A DNA stretch of 63,876 bases, filler included, from an uncultured bacterium (GTDB lineage: Bacteria; CAZSTA01), in the NCBI GenBank assembly GCA_964609495.1. It is 3 parts of 3 records of this genome, joined end to end, with 100 filler letters (N's around TTAATTAATTAA, not from the genome) between each part and the next. Parts side by side here need not be neighbours in the genome. Positions count along the whole stretch, not along the records: positions 44,925 to 63,876 come from CAZSTA010000056.1; 2 more parts are not named here. The stretch is one strand, 5' to 3'. The translations under genes and the position numbers were made by a program. The notes under the pieces were generated by a model. The model was given only the letters and a program-made list of their open reading frames with translations. It made no database searches and was not told the origin of the DNA. Positions 50,542 to 61,260 of the stretch are shown in pieces. Position 1 is the first letter of the stretch, and each line of letters opens with the position of its first letter.

Positions 50542-51310
50542 ATGCTTGGAAATACTATAAGGTTAAACAAATTATTTTCTGATGGTGAAAGAGTAGTTGT
50601 AGTAGCTGTTGATCATGGAGAGTTCTTTGGCCCTATCCCTGGCTTGATAGATTTACCCCAAACGGTTGAATCGGTTAAGGAAGCGGATGCGATATTGATG
50701 AGCCCAGGGATGGTTGAGCATTGTTCGGATACCTTCTCCAGACGGGATTCTCCTATGTTGATAGTACGCCTAAACTGGAGTTCCTCCTATTGCTTCCAAT
50801 GGAATTATAACGATTCGATAGTAGCGGATGTGGTTTCACCTCAGGAGGCTTTATATTTAGGAGCAGATATAGGTATGGCCTCTCTTATATTAAAGACCGA
50901 GTCGGAGAGGGTGGATACTGAGAATGTGGCTAACTTCGCCGAGATAATAGGGGAGAAGCGTAAGTGTGGACTGCCCGTAATTGGAGAATATTACCCTTGC
51001 AATGTGGATAAATTGACCCCTGAGGATCTTCACGAGCAGGTCTATATAGCCTGTCGGATTATAAGCGAATTGGGTGCAGATGCAGTAAAGACCTTCTATA
51101 CTGGTGAGAAATTTAACGAGGTAGTTGAGGCCACGCCGATCCCTATTCTAACTTTAGGGGCGGAGAAGATGGAGAAGGAGAGTCAAGCTCTACAACTAGC
51201 CTATAAGGCGGTTAATGCTGGAGCAAAGGGAGTGATCTTCGGTCGGAATGTGATTCAGGCTAAGAACCCAGAGATATTCCTTAAAGCTCTGAAGAAAGTT
51301 GTAAAAGAGG
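50542..51310 (+). CDS. Class I aldolase (DhnA/LsrF family); 3' end lost in gap
   Basis: VAVDHG, ELGADAVKT, GVIFGRN. Confidence 0.85.
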
Positions 51311-51624
51311 NNNNNNNNNNNNNNNNNNNNNNNNNNNNNNNNNNNNNNNNNNNNNNNNNNNNNNNNNNNNNNNNNNNNNNNNNNNNNNNNNNNNNNNNNN
51401 NNNNNNNNNNCTATCTCTATCACTTTATAAGCCTTCTGGGGAAGACTCCTAAGATATTTCTTGATACTTATATATCTGTTCCCTACTAGTATCCTAAGAT
51501 TACTCTTGCCAGCAGGGATCCAATGCTCCCCCTTTTATTTAGTCCTCTCTTAATCGAATCTGTATTCATTCCAGATCAATTCGTTGATGGATGGTTGTCC
51601 ACTTTATCCTCCGCTTGCGATTTC

Positions 51625-51672
51625 GGACAACGTTCTGCGTATTGGCGAAGTGCAGAAGGCATTACGTTATAT
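51625..51672 (-). other. Degenerate attC-like site
   Basis: Minus strand ATATAAC...GCACTTCGCCAATACGCAGAAC-GTTGTCC just downstream of the cassette stop; only 48 bp. Confidence 0.45.
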
Positions 51673-52689
51673 GAACACAGCATACTTTGCATCAAAGTTC
51701 ACTTAATATCTTCTCTAATGCTCTTAGTCCAGATTCCTCAGCGTTTCGAGCCTTTCTCAGGTATTTTAGAGCAACGCTTGAGCGATTTGTATCCTTAACT
51801 TCGTCGCCTTTTGGCGGGAATGGAAATACTCCAGATACATTTTCTAAGTTTTGTGCAACCACTTCATAATGTCCTATAGCCTCGTCGAACAATGAACTGA
51901 ATTTGTCATCAAGGCGCTCCTTAGCTTCTTTTAGGAATTGTACTGCAAAACCTCGACACTCACTCCATACGGCGGAATTATATGCCATACCGAAGTTATC
52001 GGCTTTGCCTATCTCCAAGGCATTTATCCAATTGTCAAAACCAGCTATACCTGCTTTGTATTTAGGGTATATCCACTTTGCTGGACTCTTGGCATGCTCC
52101 AGGGCGAATTCCAAAGCATCCTTAACAGTTTTGATGTCATCCGCAGCTTGACCGGGTTTCACAACATACATCTCTAGGATGCCGATCTCCGTATCGCCAA
52201 GCTCATCCCACGGTTTGGGGCCCTTGCCCGAATCACACTGCGCACCTGAGAAGTAGTATCCTTCATCATCGTAGCCATAGACAACCTGGAATTCGGGGAT
52301 ATCCAACTCCCAGCCATAACAGGGCAAGCCTTCATCAATAGCCTGTTTCGTCTTTTCCCAGGCGAGCTTCTGCTTATCGGCAAAATCACTGTGCGATTTA
52401 TCGCTTAATACTCCGTCGATCGTATAACCGATGTTGTTTCCAAGCTTGAAAAGCATCTCCGTGTGCCAGGCCGTAGGTCCGCTTGGGCAGACAACTTCGT
52501 GCATATTGATGATGAGCGCATGCCCAGTTGCCCCAAACAACCAGGCGTCGGAGACATCCAAATTCAAGTGCTCGAGACAACCCTTAATACAGCCAAGATG
52601 CGAAACCCACCTTGGTTTCCATCTTAAACCTTCAATCTCCTTTTTCATTTCTACCTCCTCCTTGTTTCAAACCGCCGTGTTCATATAAC
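51666..52689 (-). mobile_element. Integron-type gene cassette
   Basis: Single ORF bracketed by the perfect 13-bp inverted pair GTTATATGAACAC / GTGTTCATATAAC. Confidence 0.6.
51692..52648 (-). CDS. Hypothetical protein, possibly BtrH-N/papain-like fold
   Basis: GGAGGAGG RBS; WLFGATGHA, CPSGP, VVYGYDD motifs. Confidence 0.7.
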   Translation of the reverse strand: MKKEIEGLRWKPRWVSHLGCIKGCLEHLNLDVSDAWLFGATGHALIINMHEVVCPSGPTAWHTEMLFKLGNNIGYTIDGVLSDKSHSDFADKQKLAWEKTKQAIDEGLPCYGWELDIPEFQVVYGYDDEGYYFSGAQCDSGKGPKPWDELGDTEIGILEMYVVKPGQAADDIKTVKDALEFALEHAKSPAKWIYPKYKAGIAGFDNWINALEIGKADNFGMAYNSAVWSECRGFAVQFLKEAKERLDDKFSSLFDEAIGHYEVVAQNLENVSGVFPFPPKGDEVKDTNRSSVALKYLRKARNAEESGLRALEKILSEL

Positions 52690-52730
52690 TTGTTTCTATC
52701 AGCGTCCTTCTCTCCAGCTTTCAGATATAC

Positions 52731-52796
52731 TAAAAACCCTTGCTCGAACATCTATATCTATTATAACAAACATTTGTTCGATTACAAGGGTTTTTA
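52731..52796. promoter_or_regulatory. Face-to-face promoters with LexA-type box
   Basis: Minus strand TTGTAA-16-TATAAT containing CGAACAAATGTTTG (52767-52780); mirrored plus-strand TTGCTC-16-TATAAC with a CGAACA half-site. Confidence 0.6.
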
Positions 52797-52964
52797 ATAA
52801 AAATTTTCGGAAATACTGACTATATGTGTCAGGATTTGTCAGAAAATTTCAATTTCTATCTTTAAGTTTGAAAGCTATTATCCCTCCTATAATTTAGAAG
52901 TCGATAGAGTGTTAGGAGGGGCATCAGTTTATACAGGGGAAGCGCAGAATTCGATCTAAGCTAT

Positions 52965-53576
52965 CTATCCATTTGCTGACTTCTCCTCATCCTCAACGAT
53001 GAGTCCTCCTGATACGATCATCTTTAGACCTGTATTGGCGGAAATATCTAATTCTATTACTTCATCTTTAGGCACTTGAACCAGCATTCCCGAGGTAGGA
53101 TTAGGAGAGGTGGGAATAAAGATATAGACAAGCTCCTTTCCAGTCTTATCTGTGATCTCCCGGGGACTATCGCCAGTGGCAAAGCCCAGGGTGTATATGC
53201 CCGCTTTGGGATATTCAATGAGAACTACCTTTTTGAAAGCCTTATGCTCTCTCGAGAGGATGGTAATAGCGATCTGTTTCAAAGATTTATATATATCTTT
53301 TACCACCGGAATTTGCTCCATCCATTTTTCATATAAAGAGATGATCTTGCGTCCTATAATATTGGTAGCCAGAAGCCCGGTTATCAAGACGATGAGTAGA
53401 GCGATCAGCAGTCTTAATCCAGGTATATTTAAGGGATTAAGTGTCTCAATGGGGATAAGCTCTAAGAAGGAGTTTATAGCCATATATAATAAATTTAAGA
53501 TATAGATGGTAACGATCAGGGGAAGCAGAACCAAGAGTCCATTAATGAAATACATTCTGAGTTTGCCCAGCATCAA
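52965..53576 (-). CDS. DUF502 membrane protein
   Basis: GLLVLLP, IP.V..IY, VLIEYP, PTSPNPTSG. Confidence 0.92.
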   Translation of the reverse strand: MMLGKLRMYFINGLLVLLPLIVTIYILNLLYMAINSFLELIPIETLNPLNIPGLRLLIALLIVLITGLLATNIIGRKIISLYEKWMEQIPVVKDIYKSLKQIAITILSREHKAFKKVVLIEYPKAGIYTLGFATGDSPREITDKTGKELVYIFIPTSPNPTSGMLVQVPKDEVIELDISANTGLKMIVSGGLIVEDEEKSANG

Positions 53577-53631
53577 TTTTTACCTCCAGATTTCCTTTCA
53601 AGTTTCGCATTAAATCTCATAAATTAGGCCG

Positions 53632-54591
53632 CTAGGTTATTGCCAGGCTCCGTTCCTTTCTCTTTATAACTCTCTTTGCCGCCTCTACTATATTCTGTGC
53701 TTTTAACCCATATTCTCCTAGCAGGTCATCACCAGAGCCAGATTGCCCGAATAGATCCCTCACCCCGATTCTCTCCATAGGAACTGGCTTATTCTCCACC
53801 AGAACCTCAGCTACAGCACCACCTAATCCCCCTATGATGTTATGTTCTTCAGCGGTCACTATAGCTCCGACCTCGCGAGCAGCGTTTATTATCGCTTCTT
53901 CATCGAGCGGTTTTATGCTGTGCATATCTATCACTCGAGCCTCAATACCTTCGGAGGCTAATTGATCGGCAGATTCTAAAGCTTGCGAGACCATAACTCC
54001 ACAAGCTATGAGAGCAACATCATGACCATCTTTTAAGATATTGGCTTTGCCTATTTCGTAATTGATATTCTCATCGTAGATAACTGGGACCTTAGATCTC
54101 CCTAATCTAATATAGAATGGACCATATCTCTCCGCCGCAAGGCGCACAGCTCTATCGGTTGATACTGCATCGGCTGGCACTAATACCGTCATATTGGGAA
54201 TAGCTCGCATAATAGCTAAATCCAGTAGGGCTTGATGAGTTGCTCCATCCTCTCCTACAGTTACTCCCGCATGAGTAGCTACTATTTTAACATTAAGGGC
54301 AGGATAGGCTACCGAGATAGTAACCTGATTACAAGCCCTCTCGGAAGCGAAGATAGCGAAGGTACTGGCGAAGGGTATCTTCCCGGCAGCCGCTAATCCC
54401 GCCGCGGTGCTTATCATATTCTGCTCGGCGACGCCCATATCGAAGAAACGTTCGGGGAACTTCTCAGCGAACTTCTTGGTATAAGTGGATTTCGCTAAAT
54501 CCGCATCTAAAACCACTATATCTTTATTCAACTCTCCCAGTTCGGCTAAAGTTTTACCGTAGGCAGAGCGAGTTGCGATCATCTCAGCCAT
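53632..54591 (-). CDS. Transketolase, C-terminal subunit
   Basis: GVAEQNM, GEDGATHQ, EEHNIIGGLG. Confidence 0.95.
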   Translation of the reverse strand: MAEMIATRSAYGKTLAELGELNKDIVVLDADLAKSTYTKKFAEKFPERFFDMGVAEQNMISTAAGLAAAGKIPFASTFAIFASERACNQVTISVAYPALNVKIVATHAGVTVGEDGATHQALLDLAIMRAIPNMTVLVPADAVSTDRAVRLAAERYGPFYIRLGRSKVPVIYDENINYEIGKANILKDGHDVALIACGVMVSQALESADQLASEGIEARVIDMHSIKPLDEEAIINAAREVGAIVTAEEHNIIGGLGGAVAEVLVENKPVPMERIGVRDLFGQSGSGDDLLGEYGLKAQNIVEAAKRVIKRKERSLAIT

Positions 54592-54628
54592 TAAATATTC
54601 CTCCTTGTGAAAAGGTGTTGGATCAAAA

Positions 54629-55459
54629 TTAAGTTTCTAATTCGCACAGAGCGGCTTCCATTTGTTCTTGAGTAGGGGCTTTGCCGTGAAAATCTACCAC
54701 ATTTTCCATAAATGATACCCCCTTACCCTTTATCGTGTGAGCGATGATTATCGTGGGTTTGCCTCTATATTCCAGAGCCAAAGCTAAAGCGGTCAGAATC
54801 CCTCTGAAGTTATGTCCATCTATCTCTATAACATTCCAATTGAAAGCTCTCCACTTATCAGCCATCGGGGAGGTGGACATTATCTCCTCCACCGGACCAT
54901 CGATTTGGAGACCGTTATAATCCAAGATGGCGGTGAGGTTATCAAGTTTATAGTGAGCAGCTGCCATCGCGGCCTCCCAAATCTGTCCCTCATCTGACTC
55001 TCCATCGCCGATCATCGCATAGACATGATAATCCTTCTCATCTAACTTCCCTGCTAGAGCCATTCCGTTAGCTACGGATAACCCCTGTCCTAGAGAGCCG
55101 GTTGTCATATCCACTCCCGGGGTCTTTTTCATATCCGGATGGCCTTGAAGTATGCTATGCAACTTTCTCAGGGTCAATAGCTCTTCTTTAGGGAAATATC
55201 CAGCTTCGGCTAGAGCGGCATAGAGAGCTGGGGCAGAGTGTCCTTTGGAGAGGACAAAGCGATCTCGATCCTCCCAATCCGGTCGCTGGGGATCTATTCG
55301 CATCTGATGAAAATAGAGAGCAGTTATAATATCGGCGGCAGATAGAGATCCGCCGGGATGTCCGGATTTAGCAGTGCCTGTCATCCTAATAACATCACAA
55401 CGAAGCTTTCTAGCTATAGTCTTTAACCGTCTGATGAGATCCTCATCGATATCTATCAC
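54629..55459 (-). CDS. Transketolase, N-terminal subunit
   Basis: [28 protein letters not shown]. Confidence 0.95.
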   Translation of the reverse strand: MIDIDEDLIRRLKTIARKLRCDVIRMTGTAKSGHPGGSLSAADIITALYFHQMRIDPQRPDWEDRDRFVLSKGHSAPALYAALAEAGYFPKEELLTLRKLHSILQGHPDMKKTPGVDMTTGSLGQGLSVANGMALAGKLDEKDYHVYAMIGDGESDEGQIWEAAMAAAHYKLDNLTAILDYNGLQIDGPVEEIMSTSPMADKWRAFNWNVIEIDGHNFRGILTALALALEYRGKPTIIIAHTIKGKGVSFMENVVDFHGKAPTQEQMEAALCELET

Positions 55460-55480
55460 CAAGGAACCTCCTTTATATTT

Positions 55481-55699
55481 GCTCAAATTGGAGTAGTGTA
55501 TTTAGCTAAAAATGTCCTTACTTCGTAACCACCCTCCCCTACCTCCCCCCAATCAAGGGAGGGGAAAATAATCTCCTCAAGAAAGCTGTTTGATTATGTT
55601 CCCTCTCCCATCAGGGGAGAGGGATAAGTGAGGAGATTATATCTTGAACCCTCTAGCAAAAAGCTATGAATAGGGAGTTATTTATTTGAAACTACTTAA
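55481..55699 (-). repeat. REP/MITE-like repeat, copy E
   Basis: Hairpin doublet 55530-55635 with flanks shared with copy C. Confidence 0.8.
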
Positions 55700-55731
55700 T
55701 AACTTACTCAGGGAAGTGATAATCTCTAATC

Positions 55732-55809
55732 ATTATAGCCAAATAATATCATTTTGTCAAGTAGTAAAAGTATTTTGGTCTTGACATATAACCAAGTTAG
55801 TAGTAAAAT
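55732..55809. promoter_or_regulatory. Divergent sigma70 promoters (transketolase operon / sensor kinase)
   Basis: Minus TTGACA(55760)-17-TATAAT; plus TTGACA(55781)-17-TAAAAT. Confidence 0.7.
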
Positions 55810-55854
55810 TAAAACAGGAAATATCCTTCTCTGAGATCGGGGAGAAGAGAAGTT

Positions 55855-57231
55855 ATGAAGGAACTTTTAGAGAATACGAAAAAGTCTATAGAGGAACTTA
55901 TGAGGCAATTACGGGATCTGAGAGGGAGCTACTCAGGGATAGATGAGAAGTGGAATGATTTGCAGAATAATATTGACGATCTCAGATATTCTTTACATGA
56001 ACTGGAGAGGAAGATAAAGTCTCTCCAGCGAAGTCGAGAGGAATTACTAACTTTATATCAGATCGGGCGGGAAATAAATTCCATACTTGATCTCGATGAG
56101 TTGCTCGAGACAATTATGGATGAAGTTATTCAACTCGTGAGCGCTGAGAGAGGTTTTATAGTGCTGATCGATAAGAAGACCTCTGAGTTAACCTTAAAGG
56201 TAGCTCGACGTTTGGATGAAGGTATCTTTAATGAAGCGCAATTTAAGGTCAGTCGAGGGATCGTGGATGAGGTGTTTAAAAGCGGAGAACCTATCCTATC
56301 TATGGATGCTCAGACCGATCCTCGTTTTGAGTCGAGGCGAAGTGTTATGCTTTATCAGATCAAATCTGTTTTATGTGTTCCCTTAAAGGTTAAGGGAAAA
56401 ATTATAGGGGTGGTATATGTTGATAATAGAATGGGAAGTGGGCTCTTCTCTAAGGATCAGTTAGATCTATTAATCGCCTTTGCTAATCAGGCGGCTTTGG
56501 CTATCCATAATGCCCGATTATTTGCCGCTACAGTCACTTTAGAGGAGCTCAACAGGGCTAAGAATCAACTGATATCTCAGATGGCTCATGAATTACGCAC
56601 TCCTTTGACCTCCATCCAGGCTTTTTCTGAGTTGCTTCTCTCTGGGGATGTAAAGGGTGAGGAGGAACAGAATGAATTCTTAGAGATAATCGATTCGGAA
56701 AGTAAGCGTCTGAATCAAATTATAAGTGATCTTCTGGACATATCTCGCCTCCAGATCAGGAAGGTAAAGCCAGAGAAGGAGGATATCAATTTAACCAGCT
56801 TAATTATGGAAGTATGCAATATGCTTAAAGTCCAGGCAGAGAAGGGAGGATACGAATTTAAGATCGATATACCCTCTGATCTTCCCCCAGTGTTTGCGGA
56901 TAAGAAGCTATTAAACCGAGTTATGGTGAACCTGATAAGCAATGCTATCAAATACTCCCCCGCTGGAGGAGAGATCACAATTTCTGCTAGAGAGGATAGC
57001 GATGAAATCCTCATCTTCATTCAAGATGAGGGGATAGGTATATCTTCCCATGATATTCCTCATATATTCGAGCAATTTTATCGAGTTCAGAGGGGGAGGG
57101 CGGTAGAGGTTCAAGGGACTGGATTAGGGTTAGCGATCGTTAAATCGATAATCGAGGCTCATCAGGGGAAGATTTGGGTAGATAGCGAGTTGGGCAAGGG
57201 AAGTAGATTCTCCTTCACTCTGCCTAAATGA
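55855..57231 (+). CDS. GAF-domain sensor histidine kinase (soluble)
   Basis: Coiled coil, GAF (SVLCVPL, YVDN), HELRTPL, NAIKY, DEGIG, GTGLGL. Confidence 0.93.
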   Translation: MKELLENTKKSIEELMRQLRDLRGSYSGIDEKWNDLQNNIDDLRYSLHELERKIKSLQRSREELLTLYQIGREINSILDLDELLETIMDEVIQLVSAERGFIVLIDKKTSELTLKVARRLDEGIFNEAQFKVSRGIVDEVFKSGEPILSMDAQTDPRFESRRSVMLYQIKSVLCVPLKVKGKIIGVVYVDNRMGSGLFSKDQLDLLIAFANQAALAIHNARLFAATVTLEELNRAKNQLISQMAHELRTPLTSIQAFSELLLSGDVKGEEEQNEFLEIIDSESKRLNQIISDLLDISRLQIRKVKPEKEDINLTSLIMEVCNMLKVQAEKGGYEFKIDIPSDLPPVFADKKLLNRVMVNLISNAIKYSPAGGEITISAREDSDEILIFIQDEGIGISSHDIPHIFEQFYRVQRGRAVEVQGTGLGLAIVKSIIEAHQGKIWVDSELGKGSRFSFTLPK

Positions 57232-57274
57232 GAGGGAGATGCTTCCTAATTCAAAGGAGAGGACGAATTATAAC

Positions 57275-58054
57275 GTGAAGATACTTTTCATCGGGGATAT
57301 CTTTGGAAGGCCGGGACGAAGAGCGGTGCGAAATATACTTCCCCGAATCAAAGACGAGTATGGAGTGGAGTTATTTTTAGCTAATGGAGAGAATGCGGCT
57401 GGTGGTATCGGAATAACTCCACCTTTAGTAGATGAAATATGTTCTTATGGCGTGGATCTTATTACTACTGGTAATCATATCTGGCAAAAAAAAGAGATAT
57501 TGGATATAATAGATACCGATGCTAGGATTATAAGACCTGCTAATTATCCCCCTGATGCCCCGGGGCGATCTTCGAGTATCATAGATCTGGGAGGCGCGAG
57601 AGTTGGAGTTATCAACTTATGCGGAAGAGTATTTATGGGTAATCTAGATTGCCCCTTCCGAGCGGCTGACAGAGAGATCGAGAAGTTAAGAGATGTGGAA
57701 GTGATAATAGTTGATTTTCATGCGGAAGGAACTTCTGAGAAGGTGGCTATGGGGTGGTACTTGGACGGGAGGGTGAGCGCGGTAATAGGGACTCATACTC
57801 ATGTGCAGACTGCGGATGAGAGGATCCTCCCTAAGGGAACGGCCTATATCACCGATGTGGGAATGACGGGGCCTCACGATTCTGTCATAGGGGTTAGGAT
57901 CGATTTGATCCTACATCGCTTCTTAACTCAGATGCCGGTTCGCTTCGAGCCAGCCAAGGAGAATGTTATCCTCTGCGGAGTCATAATAGATGTGGATCCT
58001 AAGTTAGGAAAAGCTCTAAGTATTCAGCGGTTAAGGTTGCCGCTTAACTCGTGA
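57275..58054 (+). CDS. ymdB: YmdB-family metallophosphoesterase
   Basis: GDIFG, NGEN, TGNH, DFHAE, GTHTH, TDVGMTG. Confidence 0.93.
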   Translation: MKILFIGDIFGRPGRRAVRNILPRIKDEYGVELFLANGENAAGGIGITPPLVDEICSYGVDLITTGNHIWQKKEILDIIDTDARIIRPANYPPDAPGRSSSIIDLGGARVGVINLCGRVFMGNLDCPFRAADREIEKLRDVEVIIVDFHAEGTSEKVAMGWYLDGRVSAVIGTHTHVQTADERILPKGTAYITDVGMTGPHDSVIGVRIDLILHRFLTQMPVRFEPAKENVILCGVIIDVDPKLGKALSIQRLRLPLNS

Positions 58055-58076
58055 TGTTCGAGAGGAGGGGATTTTT

Positions 58077-58238
58077 ATGTCTAAGAAAGAGGAGGTTGTT
58101 GAGCCTATAGAGGTGGAATGCCCCAAGTGCGGGGAGACGAGGATAGTGTATATACCCAAAGAGGAGATCCCCAAGTGCCCCCGCTGCAATATCAGGATGG
58201 TGATAAAGGAGCTTTTAAGGGAAGGAAAAAGTTATTAA
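58077..58238 (+). CDS. Small zinc-ribbon protein (53 aa), absent from the ORF track
   Basis: GAGGAGG RBS; MSKKEEVVEPIEVECPKCGETRIVYIPKEEIPKCPRCNIRMVIKELLREGKSY*. Confidence 0.8.
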   Translation: MSKKEEVVEPIEVECPKCGETRIVYIPKEEIPKCPRCNIRMVIKELLREGKSY

Positions 58239-58311
58239 AGGGAAAGGGAAAGTAGAGGATGGGCATCGTCTTCTAAGCTGGATCTTTTCCAGTTATAAAG
58301 GGAGGAATGAT

Positions 58312-61260
58312 ATGAAACGCGAGGAATTTAAGAGACCAGCTAAGAAATATAGAGGGGTCCCCTTCTGGTCTTGGAATGATGATCTTGAAGATGCAGAACT
58401 AATAAGACAGATAGGAGAAATGGATGAGGGAGGATGGGGTGGCTTCTTTATGCACTCTCGCATCGGTTTAGTCACCCCTTATCTTTCGCAAGAGTGGATG
58501 GATAGGATAAAAACTTGTGTGGAAGAAGCTAGGAAACGAGGTATGTTTGCTTGGCTTTACGATGAGGATAAATGGCCTAGTGGATATGCTGGCGGAATAG
58601 TTCCCAAGCAGGGACCTAACTACCGACTGAAGGTGCTAGCTTGTCGGGAGAATCAGAAGTTGGAAGGAACGAAGCTAGTTCAAGTCTTTAGCGGAGATCT
58701 AAGAGAGGGAGTCATGTCCAACTTGAGAGTAGTAGATGCCGGAGCTTGGCCTAGTCCTCGCCCAGCGGATGTAATCCTCTACTTTAGCTCTTGGATTGCT
58801 CCTTTAGGAAATCCCTGGTTTAATGGCTATGCTTATGTAGATAATTTGAATCCAAGAGTAGTTAACGCCTTCATAGAATCCACTTATGAAGCTTATGAGA
58901 AGCAGGTAGGAGAGGAATTCGGTAAAGCGGTGCCAGGGATATTCACCGATGAGCCATGCTTTCTTTTCTTCCACGGTGCACCTATGCCTTGTATCCCTTG
59001 GACTAACGAATTCCCCCAGTATTTCGAGAAGAAGAAGGGATATGATATCCTTTATCATCTACCTTCCCTCTTCTACAAAGTCGGCAATTATCATAAGATC
59101 CGCTATGATTTCTGGAGTGCGATAAGTGATCTATTCCTCGAAAGCTACTCGCAAAGGATCTATAGATGGTGTGATGAACATAAACTGAGATATACAGGAC
59201 ATTATATGGCTGAGGATAATCTATTGAGCCAGATTCACTGGATCGGTAGTGCGATGCCTCACTACGAGTATATGCACACCCCCGGAATGGATCATCTCGG
59301 TCGAAATATCCATAACATAATGACCGCCAAACAGGTGACAAGCGTAGCCGAGCAGTTAGGCAAGGAGAGAGCTTTAACCGAGGCTTATGGCTGTAGCGGT
59401 CAAAATCTATCCTTTGAGGGTAGAAAGTGGATCGGTGATTGGCACTATGTCTTAGGGATAAACCTTCTGAATCACCATCTAGCTCTCTATTCCATGCGTG
59501 GTTGTCGAAAACGAGATTTTCCCCCTAATCTCTACTATCAACAGCCCTGGTGGAAATATAACGATCTGGTGGAGGACTACTTCGCCCGGCTAAGCTATGC
59601 TTTGACTAGGGGTAAGAGGATAAAGGATATCCTAATTATCCATTCCCTAGGCAGCGCTTGGGTTTCCTATCAACCTGACGATTTTGGGGAGGTGGATAGG
59701 ATAAGTCGCTCTTTCGCCGACTTAAGTGAAAACTTGCTTCGCCTTCATCGGGATTATGATTATGGCGATGAGAAGCTCTTGGAGAAATACGGTCGTGTTG
59801 AGGATGGGAAGATAGAGATGGGAGAGTGTTCCTACAAAGTGGTGATCATTCCTCCCAGCGTGACCTTGAGGAATAGCACAGTGAGACTCCTGAATTGGTT
59901 TGCGGATAAGGGAGGAAAGATCATCGCTATTAATCCTCTGCCCTATCTTGTAGAAGGAGAGAAGTCAAGCGATTTAGAGAGGCTTCTCTCTAGGGTGAAG
60001 GTCATAGGAGAGGATAAGGGAGAGCTTAAGAGTGTGCTTGATAAGAGCCTTCCAGCAGAAGTGGAGATAGCAGACGAGGATGGGAGAGAGATCGAGGAGA
60101 TTTGGTATCATCATCGTGTCACAGAGGATAAAGATATATACTTCTTAGCCAACCTCGATCGGGATAGTCATTTCAAGGTTACAGCTAAGTTGAAGGGGGA
60201 AGGTAATCTGGAGGAATGGGATCCAGCGACTGGTAAGATCTGGGCGACCCCTGGTCGCTCCCAAGCCGGATATACTAAGGTCGCTCTATATTTCCCCCCA
60301 GTCGGCTCTCATCTGTTGGTTTTAAACAGAGGAAAGGCAGAGGCGGAGCAATCCTTATCTCCTCGGGGAGAGTTAACGTATGAGATCGAGCTTAGCGGTG
60401 ATTGGAACTATGAACGGGAGAGCCCGAACTCCTTAACTCTGGATTACTGCTCTTATCGAACGAACGATACCGAGTGGAGCGAGAAATTGCCGGTGTTAAG
60501 AGCATTCGAGGAGGTTAAGGAGATGACCGCAGGGATTACTTTCTCCCTGAGATATGAGTTCAAGAGCGATATCGAATTTGACTCCGAAAGGGATATCTTC
60601 TTAGTGCTGGAGACCCCGGAGAGATTCGAGATAATGATTAATGGAAAGGTAGTGAAGTATAAAGATATCGGTTACTGGCGGGATATAAGCTTTAAAAAGA
60701 TCGATATCAAAGGGTATGTCCAACGAGGTGATAACACGATCGAGATCTCGGGAGAATTTAAGGACGATACCGAGCTAGAGAGTTGTTATGTAATAGGCGA
60801 CTTTGGAGTGGAGAATATAGAGGATAGAAGTTTCAAGCTGGTAGAGGAGAGGAGGATCTTGAATTATGGAGATCTTGTGGATCAAGGATATCCCTTCTTC
60901 GCTGGCACTATAGCCTTGAAGCAGGAGATAGGGTTGGATAAGTTACCTGAGGGCAGAGTCTTTTTAGAGCTGGAGGGATTAAATACCATAGTAGCCGATA
61001 TCTTCGTAAATGGCTCTTGTGCTGGGCAGATATATTGGAGACCTCATCGTATAGAGGTAACGGAGCTGATAAAGGAGGGAAGGAACAAGATCGAGATAAA
61101 GCTCGTGAACAGCTTACATAATCTGTTGGGTCCACATCATCATAAGGGGGGAGAATTACTCAGCGTAAGTCCCTTCAGCTTTGTCGATTGGGATAATTGG
61201 AAGGATGAATACACTTTAGTTCCCTACGGACTGGAGAAGGCTAAATTAGTTGTTTATTGA
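58312..61260 (+). CDS. Large glycoside hydrolase (GH106/alpha-L-rhamnosidase-like)
   Basis: PFWSWN, LYDEDKWPSG, IFTDEP, C-terminal beta-sandwich. Confidence 0.8.
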   Translation: MKREEFKRPAKKYRGVPFWSWNDDLEDAELIRQIGEMDEGGWGGFFMHSRIGLVTPYLSQEWMDRIKTCVEEARKRGMFAWLYDEDKWPSGYAGGIVPKQGPNYRLKVLACRENQKLEGTKLVQVFSGDLREGVMSNLRVVDAGAWPSPRPADVILYFSSWIAPLGNPWFNGYAYVDNLNPRVVNAFIESTYEAYEKQVGEEFGKAVPGIFTDEPCFLFFHGAPMPCIPWTNEFPQYFEKKKGYDILYHLPSLFYKVGNYHKIRYDFWSAISDLFLESYSQRIYRWCDEHKLRYTGHYMAEDNLLSQIHWIGSAMPHYEYMHTPGMDHLGRNIHNIMTAKQVTSVAEQLGKERALTEAYGCSGQNLSFEGRKWIGDWHYVLGINLLNHHLALYSMRGCRKRDFPPNLYYQQPWWKYNDLVEDYFARLSYALTRGKRIKDILIIHSLGSAWVSYQPDDFGEVDRISRSFADLSENLLRLHRDYDYGDEKLLEKYGRVEDGKIEMGECSYKVVIIPPSVTLRNSTVRLLNWFADKGGKIIAINPLPYLVEGEKSSDLERLLSRVKVIGEDKGELKSVLDKSLPAEVEIADEDGREIEEIWYHHRVTEDKDIYFLANLDRDSHFKVTAKLKGEGNLEEWDPATGKIWATPGRSQAGYTKVALYFPPVGSHLLVLNRGKAEAEQSLSPRGELTYEIELSGDWNYERESPNSLTLDYCSYRTNDTEWSEKLPVLRAFEEVKEMTAGITFSLRYEFKSDIEFDSERDIFLVLETPERFEIMINGKVVKYKDIGYWRDISFKKIDIKGYVQRGDNTIEISGEFKDDTELESCYVIGDFGVENIEDRSFKLVEERRILNYGDLVDQGYPFFAGTIALKQEIGLDKLPEGRVFLELEGLNTIVADIFVNGSCAGQIYWRPHRIEVTELIKEGRNKIEIKLVNSLHNLLGPHHHKGGELLSVSPFSFVDWDNWKDEYTLVPYGLEKAKLVVY

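Noticed and set aside
51311-51489. C-terminal extension of the aldolase across the gap in the ORF track
   Set aside because: The gap length is a placeholder and the sequence after it is unrelated.
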